Assembly: GCA_963719225.1 (NCBI GenBank)
Contig: CAVRAY010000001.1
Location: forward strand, 1,664,001 to 1,728,000
DNA: 64,000 nt
Direction: 5' to 3'
Source: Thermoanaerobaculia bacterium
GTDB taxonomy: Bacteria > Acidobacteriota > Thermoanaerobaculia > UBA5066
A program made the position numbers and the translations under genes. Shown piece after piece: positions 58,271 to 64,000 of this stretch. A model generated the notes under the pieces. The model was not told the DNA's origin. It ran no database searches and worked only from the letters and a program-made list of their open reading frames with translations. The first letter of the stretch is position 1; each line of letters opens with the position of its first letter.

Positions 58271-60391
58271 TCAGCGGCCGAGCGTCACCGAGAAGATCTG
58301 GTTTCGGCCGCCGGCCTGCGCCCAGAGGACGCGCTCGCCCGCGACGTCGAAGTGGGTGACGCCCCGGTCGAAAGGTCGCACGCGCGCGACGGGCTTGCCC
58401 GAGGCGGCGACCTTCCAGAGACCCGCGAACTCGCCCAGTCGCGCAAAGTAGATGGTGGATCCGTCGGCGGAGAACGCGGGCTCGTGCCCGTCCGCCGCGA
58501 TTCGCCGGGGTCCCCCGGCCGTACCGAGGACGAAGACGCCGTTCGTCTCGGCCGAGCCGGTCTCGGCGGGGCCGCTCCACGCGAGGGTCGAGCCGTCGGG
58601 CGAGAAGCGGATCGCGTCGTAGACCTGACCCTCCGCGAGGCGGGCCTCGCGCCCCGTAACCACGTCGCGAACGAGGAGCGCCCGGCGCCCGTCGGCGAGC
58701 GGCTCCTCGACGGCCACGCGCTTCAGGTCGCGGGAAACCGCGAACGACGTGGTCCGGAAGGAGAACCGCGTCACGACCCGCCGGACCAAGGTCGCGATGT
58801 CGACCACGAGAGCTTCCGTCCCGCCGTCCGGCGCGTCGACGAGGTAGGCCACGTTCGACGAACCGGCCCAGCATGGATCGTGGGCGGCCCCTTCGCTCAA
58901 GGTGGTTCGCCGGAGCGACGAGAGGTTCGTCAGGACGACGACATCGTCCGTCTCCGTCCTCGTCAGGACGCTCGCGGCGAGGCGGCCGCCGGGCGAGAGG
59001 CGCGGCCGCTGGTGATAGTCGTCGTTCGTGAGGCGGCGGCCCTCGCTGGCCGGCGGGCCGTCGGCGAGATAGAGATTCGACAGGTCGCTGCCGTGCGAGA
59101 AGAGGAGTGTCTGGCCGGTCGGCGAGGCCGTGGGAGAGGAGAAATCCCCGATCCCGAGGGTCAGCGGGTCGGGCCGGGACGAGGTCCGCGCGACCATCCA
59201 GAGAATGAAACGGCCGCCCCGCCGGCCGGCGAATATGAGCGTCTCGCTGTCGGCCAGCCACGTGATCCCGTAGAGTTGCCCCGGTTCCTTGAACAGGGCT
59301 TTCGTCTCCCTCGAGGCGAGGTTGCGCACGTAGAGGTGACCGAGGCCGCCGTTCGGGTCGCTCGTCGTGAAGGCGAGCCACTTTCCGTCCGGGGAGAAGC
59401 GGGGAACGAATCCCACCGGAGCGATCTCGGCGTGCTCGCCGAGGCGGTCCGGCGGACCTCCCCAGAGAGCGTGCCCGCCGAGGTCGTGCTTCGTGTAGGC
59501 GACCATTTTCCCGTCGGGTGAGAAGCCGGCGCCGCTCGCTCCCGGAATCCAGAGCCTCGGCGCGCCCCCCATACTCCCGACCCGCCAAAGATCGGGCAGG
59601 TGCGTGCCGTCCTCGCCGCTCCGGAAACGGGAAAAGACGATCTCGTTCCCGTCGGCCGTGAAGACGGGCATGTCGCCGCTCGCGCCGATCGCCTCGGTCA
59701 GGCGCCACGCCGTTCCGCCATGGGGGGCCATGACGTAAATATCGAGGTTCGTGGAGCTCTGCGGCTCGTACGAGACGTACGTGACGATCTTCCCGTCCGG
59801 GGAGAAGGCCGGTTTCACGGCCGTCGAGAGGCCGGTCGTGACCTGGCGGAGCGTCCCGGCGGAAGGCGCGAAAGGCCGGTACCACGAGATCGCCGGCGCG
59901 GAAGCCGACTCCTTCCGGCGCGAAATGAGCCGAGGCACGACGAGGACGAGGCCGAACAGGACCGCCGCCGCGCCGAGGGCGACGAGAGCCCGCTTCGAGC
60001 GGCGCGGCGAAGGAGGGGCGTGCGCCGGTGCCGGTGTGGCCGACTCCGTCGCGTCCACCGGGCCCGGAGCCGGCAGAGCCGTTGCGGCGCCGTCGAGTGG
60101 CGCCACGAACCGGAACCCCCTTCCGTGGACGGTCCGGATGACTTCCTGGTCCGTCGCCTCGGCGATCGCCTCGCGCACCTTCCGGATCGAGTGGTGGAGG
60201 GCCGACTCGCTGACGACCTTCACGTCCCAGACCTTCTCGATCAGCTCCTCTTTCGGAACGACGCGGTCGCGGTTCCGGACGAGATAGAAGAGGACGTCGA
60301 GGGCGCGCGGCTCCAGCCGGACCGGCTGGCCCGCCCTGTAAAGCTCGAACCGCTCTTCGTCGAGCTCCATCCCGAGAAATGCGTAGATCAC
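58271..60391 (-). CDS. CadC/ToxR-like OmpR-type wHTH regulator with TM and TolB/PD40 beta-propeller
   Basis: LEPRALDVLFYLV...KEELIEKVW...IRTVHGRGFRF; TM; repeated FSPDG. Confidence 0.9.
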   Translation of the reverse strand: MIYAFLGMELDEERFELYRAGQPVRLEPRALDVLFYLVRNRDRVVPKEELIEKVWDVKVVSESALHHSIRKVREAIAEATDQEVIRTVHGRGFRFVAPLDGAATALPAPGPVDATESATPAPAHAPPSPRRSKRALVALGAAAVLFGLVLVVPRLISRRKESASAPAISWYRPFAPSAGTLRQVTTGLSTAVKPAFSPDGKIVTYVSYEPQSSTNLDIYVMAPHGGTAWRLTEAIGASGDMPVFTADGNEIVFSRFRSGEDGTHLPDLWRVGSMGGAPRLWIPGASGAGFSPDGKMVAYTKHDLGGHALWGGPPDRLGEHAEIAPVGFVPRFSPDGKWLAFTTSDPNGGLGHLYVRNLASRETKALFKEPGQLYGITWLADSETLIFAGRRGGRFILWMVARTSSRPDPLTLGIGDFSSPTASPTGQTLLFSHGSDLSNLYLADGPPASEGRRLTNDDYHQRPRLSPGGRLAASVLTRTETDDVVVLTNLSSLRRTTLSEGAAHDPCWAGSSNVAYLVDAPDGGTEALVVDIATLVRRVVTRFSFRTTSFAVSRDLKRVAVEEPLADGRRALLVRDVVTGREARLAEGQVYDAIRFSPDGSTLAWSGPAETGSAETNGVFVLGTAGGPRRIAADGHEPAFSADGSTIYFARLGEFAGLWKVAASGKPVARVRPFDRGVTHFDVAGERVLWAQAGGRNQIFSVTLGR

Positions 60392-60443
60392 GTCCGCCGT
60401 CCGCCGCCGAGTATTCCCCGAGGTGCCGCGCCGGACAACCGGG

Positions 60444-60510
60444 CCTTCAGGCATTCGTCACGATTTCTTCACGGGTCGGGCGAGACTCCAGGCGGCACGC
60501 GCCCCAGGTT
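60444..60510 (+). promoter_or_regulatory. Triple 11-bp TCA-repeat promoter, copy 2
   Basis: ccttcaggcattcgtcacgatttcttcacg...gccccaggtt, 6 nt before ATG 60517. Confidence 0.75.
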
Positions 60511-60516
60511 GTCGGC

Positions 60517-61547
60517 ATGAGTAAGAACCGCCTTTCCGTCCTGGCCGTGGCCCTCCTCGCCGCCCCGCATCCGCTGGGTGCTGAGAACCTGCTCCGAAAC
60601 GGGACCTTCGACCGAAGCGTGGGCGAGTGGCCGGCCGAGGGCTCCGCGGCGCAGGTCGCCTGGAGCGCGCTGGATGCGGGCGGGTCGCCTTCCTCCGGGT
60701 CCGCTCTCGTGTCGAACGTCTGGAACGGCCCTCTGAAGGGCATGGGATCTTCCAATGCATCGCGACCCCCGCGGTCGTCGCCGGGGCTACCTACACGTAC
60801 GGGGGCCGGGTGCGGATTCCGTCCGGGCAGGCGCGCACCGGGCCCTCGATGCTCAAGCTTCATGGGGCGGGGGGGACCTTCTTCCACTCGGACCTCTTGG
60901 TGATGAACCTCTCTTTCTCCGAGACCGCCGGCGTGACCGCCCAATATCAGTGCTTCACTGGGCAGACCTGCAATACGGCTCCCTGTACGCTCACACTCGG
61001 CCCCCGCGCATCGGCGCTCTACTCCGACGCCGTGGGTACGCTCTTCGCTTCTCCCGACACGGCGGGCGCCATCGAGCTGGCGTTCGATCCCTCCGTCGGC
61101 GACATCGCGGCGACGAGCCGTGTCTATACACCCAGCCTCCCGGCACCGACGTACGGGGCCTCGGTCCCCGGGCAGCTCTCGAATCGCGCTCTCACGCACG
61201 CGCTGTTCCTCGGGCTGGGTTCCAGCGAGGGCGACGCCTCGAGGGGATTCCGGACCAATGCGGGCGCGTACAACCCGAACTCCGCGGCGGTCTCGGTCAC
61301 TTTCGAGCTTCATCGAGCGGACGGATACCCGCTCGGCGCCCCTCTCACGCGGACCTGGGAGGCCTTCGAGGCGTTCCAGATCAGCGGCCTGTTCGGGGCC
61401 GTGGGTGCGGGTGGCGCCGTGACGACCAACGCCTGGCTCGCCGTGACGGCTTCGGCCCCGGTCTTCCCGTTCGTCACGGTCATCGACAACCAGTCGGGGG
61501 ACTCGACGTGGGTCGTTCCATGGGAAGACGCGGCGTCAGCGCCGTAG
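60517..61547 (+). pseudogene. Secreted protein, frameshifted near 60745
   Basis: Signal peptide and NLLRNGTFD, continuing in a second frame (HGAGGTFFHSDL...FRTNAGAYN...TVIDNQSGD). Confidence 0.65.
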
Positions 61548-63326
61548 CAGGGCGGCTGCAAGCTCCTCGCGCATCCGGTACCAGTCGTTCGGATCGGACG
61601 ACCACGGTGGCTCTCCAGGAATCTTCGCTTCGGTGAGGGCCACGGGCACGACGCGCCTCACGATCGCGTCGGCGGCGTCGCGCCTTCCCGCTTGTGCGAG
61701 CAGCCACGCGTACTCGAAGTCCTGGAGACCTCTGCGATAGGCCTTCATCCTGAGGCTCGGGAGGGGGCCGTCGATCGGAGGCAGCCCGACGTCAGGTAGG
61801 CGCGAGCCCGGGTAGAGAAGGACGCCGTTGCCCCAGCGCGTCTCGCCCCTTTTGTAGTTCGGGACCTCGAGAGGCTTCTCGGGGTCGCCGAAGTCCACAG
61901 CCCAAAAGAAGGTGCCCTGAAGGCCGTACCTCCAGCAGATCGCCCCCCACGTCCTGAGCTCCACGCCCGTCGCGTTCACCCCGTGAACGCCGACCGCGGG
62001 GTGGCCGTGGTGGTAGAACCAGACGCGTTCGCCCAGGGCGATCCGCGGCCTCAGGAACTCCGGGTCGCAGGCGCCCCCGTTCGGGACCCACCATCGCGTC
62101 AATCCCCTTCGGTCGCGCGCGGCGTCCCCTGCGAGCGTCGCGGGGTTCGTGTGCGACGTCCAGAGGAGCGGCAGACCTTCGGGTGCGGCGCCCTCGTCGA
62201 GCGCGGCCTGCAGCCGCCGCTCGTTCTCGCGGGTCCGCGCGTCCGTCGGGGCCTCGTCGACGATGTACGCGAAGAACCGAGTCCGCGTCCAGCCCCGTTC
62301 GGCAACGTGCTTCCGAAACTCCCCGGCGGTGCGCGCGTACGCCGCGAGGTCCGCTGCGGCGAAATCCGGCGCGTGCCCGTCGTACGCCTGTTTGAACGGC
62401 GCCCGAAAGACCGCGACGCCGGTCCCGGATCCTGGTCCTGTGTAGCCGCGGGCCTTCGTGAAGAGGCTCCCGTCGAAAAGCGATCCGTAGAACGCGTCGT
62501 AGTCGGCGCCCTCTTCGAAAGCGGGCCCCTCGCCCTCGCGCTCCGCCACGACGATCCGGTGGCGGTGCGCGAGTTGGTGATAGCGCGCGGCCAGTCTCCT
62601 CCACGCCTCCGGATCCTTCGCATAAGAAGCTCCATGCGCGCGGTAGGCATGCCCGTAGATCTCGCCGTAGGCGTCGACGTGCGTTTCGTCCGGAAGCACG
62701 AAGGGGTGGACCGTCAGCTCGAGACGCGCCTCGGCGGCGACGGAGCCCGCCGGCCGGACGCGAATCCTCCCCGCGTAGAGTCCGGGGCAGGCGTCTCGCG
62801 GGATCGTGAGATCGAGGAAGACGCCCTGGGTCGAAGACGCGGCGACGTCGAACGGGGTACCGACCTTCCGCCCGGCCGTGAACGGGTCGACGAACGGAAC
62901 GAGCACGTCCGGGTACCAGCGCCGCGACGGGAGGACCCGGCTTTTCGGGCCCCAGCTCCAATCCCCGTTCTCGACGAACTGGTAAACCTCCCGGAAGAGC
63001 TCGATGCTCTCGGACGAGCGGATCAGGCCGGGTCCTGTGAGGTCGCTCACCTCGACGTCGACCTTCTTCAAGTTTCCCCGGGTCGCGGTGAGCATCAGCT
63101 GCGCGCCGACGACTTCGTTGCGCGCACCGTGAAGCCGAAGGATCTTCGCTTGGCGATCCCAGAAGTGAGGCGATGGGGGGATGGCGCCGTCCCGTGTCAC
63201 CCTTTCGCAGTCCCCGAGGCCCGCGAGCACGAGCCCCGCTTCCCGCGGCCGCCACGCGCCCGCGACGGCTCCGGTGAGAAGCAAAGCGGCGAGAGCGGCG
63301 AGCGAGAGCCGGAAAGGGCTCTTCAT
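61536..63326 (-). CDS. DUF4091/GH123-like secreted glycoside hydrolase
   Basis: LHGARNEVVGAQ, YIVDE, GVLLYPG, SLRMKAYRRGLQDFEY. Confidence 0.75.
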   Translation of the reverse strand: MKSPFRLSLAALAALLLTGAVAGAWRPREAGLVLAGLGDCERVTRDGAIPPSPHFWDRQAKILRLHGARNEVVGAQLMLTATRGNLKKVDVEVSDLTGPGLIRSSESIELFREVYQFVENGDWSWGPKSRVLPSRRWYPDVLVPFVDPFTAGRKVGTPFDVAASSTQGVFLDLTIPRDACPGLYAGRIRVRPAGSVAAEARLELTVHPFVLPDETHVDAYGEIYGHAYRAHGASYAKDPEAWRRLAARYHQLAHRHRIVVAEREGEGPAFEEGADYDAFYGSLFDGSLFTKARGYTGPGSGTGVAVFRAPFKQAYDGHAPDFAAADLAAYARTAGEFRKHVAERGWTRTRFFAYIVDEAPTDARTRENERRLQAALDEGAAPEGLPLLWTSHTNPATLAGDAARDRRGLTRWWVPNGGACDPEFLRPRIALGERVWFYHHGHPAVGVHGVNATGVELRTWGAICWRYGLQGTFFWAVDFGDPEKPLEVPNYKRGETRWGNGVLLYPGSRLPDVGLPPIDGPLPSLRMKAYRRGLQDFEYAWLLAQAGRRDAADAIVRRVVPVALTEAKIPGEPPWSSDPNDWYRMREELAAALLRR

Positions 63327-63343
63327 CGAGCGGGGATTCTGCG

Positions 63344-63410
63344 CCTTCAGCGATTCGTCACGATTTCTTCACGCCGTCCGCCAGACTTTCGCGCGCGCTC
63401 GCCCCAGGTT
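63344..63410 (+). promoter_or_regulatory. Triple 11-bp TCA-repeat promoter, copy 3
   Basis: ccttcagcgattcgtcacgatttcttcacg...gccccaggtt, 6 nt before ATG 63417. Confidence 0.75.
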
Positions 63411-63416
63411 TCCGGC

Positions 63417-64000
63417 ATGAGCCAACACCGTGCCGCCGTCCTCGCCGTCTTCTCGTTCTCCCTCGCCGTCCTTTCCGCGGGTCCTGCCGTGGCCCAGGCC
63501 CCCGTCCTCTATTTCTCCGACCTCACGAGCGGGCCCGCGACCGGGAACACCGACTCCTCGGGAGGCCGGGTCGCGGGCCGGGACGGCGCGATCGTGACCG
63601 TCTGGGGGAGGAACTTCGGGAGCTCGCTCCTGGGCGTGCGGATCTTCTGCGGCGGGGTGGAGGCGTCGTCCACCTACAGCCTCTCGGACGCGACGGCGCC
63701 CGCGAACCTCTCGACCTTTCACCGGATGCAGAGGCTCTCGTTCCAGGTCGGTTCTTCGGCGCGTGCGGGTCTCGGCGAGATCACCGTCGCCGTCGGCGGT
63801 CAGTCTTCGAATCCCCTTCCGTTCACCGTTCGCGGAGGAGCCATCCGGTTCGTGAAGACGACGGGGGACGACGCGGCGGGGAACGGGACCTGGACGAGCC
63901 CCTGGCGGACGATCCCGAAGGCCGTCGAGTCTCTAGCGCCCGGCGACATCGCCTACGTCGGCGACGGCGTCGACCAGGCAGTCGAATACGACTTCGGCGC
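63417..64000 (+). CDS. Secreted protein with IPT/TIG-like domain and start of a beta-helix domain (partial)
   Basis: Manual translation: signal peptide, PVLYFSDLTSGP...VTVWGRNFG...SNPLPFTVR...PWRTIPKAVESLAPGD. Confidence 0.75.
   Translation, partial: MSQHRAAVLAVFSFSLAVLSAGPAVAQAPVLYFSDLTSGPATGNTDSSGGRVAGRDGAIVTVWGRNFGSSLLGVRIFCGGVEASSTYSLSDATAPANLSTFHRMQRLSFQVGSSARAGLGEITVAVGGQSSNPLPFTVRGGAIRFVKTTGDDAAGNGTWTSPWRTIPKAVESLAPGDIAYVGDGVDQAVEYDFG

Overview
GC-rich bacterial DNA; the gene content suggests Acidobacteriota, possibly Thermoanaerobaculia-like (inference). 1-2503: a minus-strand operon of two radical SAM/SPASM enzymes and a partial DegT-type aminotransferase. 2651-16877: tRNA-Arg(CCT) carrying a 14,150-bp integrated satellite-like element. 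It encodes a tyrosine integrase, FRG protein, TerL/TerS-like genes, AAA_25 helicase, PriCT-like protein, MT-A70 methylase and HTH regulators, but no recognisable capsid, portal or tail; many of its genes are frameshifted. Unusually, the element duplicates the 5' half of the tRNA and the integrase ORF ends in the anticodon loop. 16978-57615: host genes (TolC/MacAB-like exporter, Ser/Thr kinase, ArnT-like transferase and LPS kinase, ECF sigma module, BMP nucleoside ABC transporter, fadD/arcC/xfp/ackA, TetR-fadIJ-acyl-CoA dehydrogenase, Bcp with a histone-like tail, deoB, globin, GT2). These are overprinted by nine convergent pairs of an AT/purine-rich TTC-N3-GAA motif with apparently ~10-bp-phased spacing. 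57623-64000: a CadC-like wHTH-TM-beta-propeller regulator and secreted-protein genes that share a 3x11-bp repeat promoter. All calls are from reading the sequence by eye; no database searches were run.
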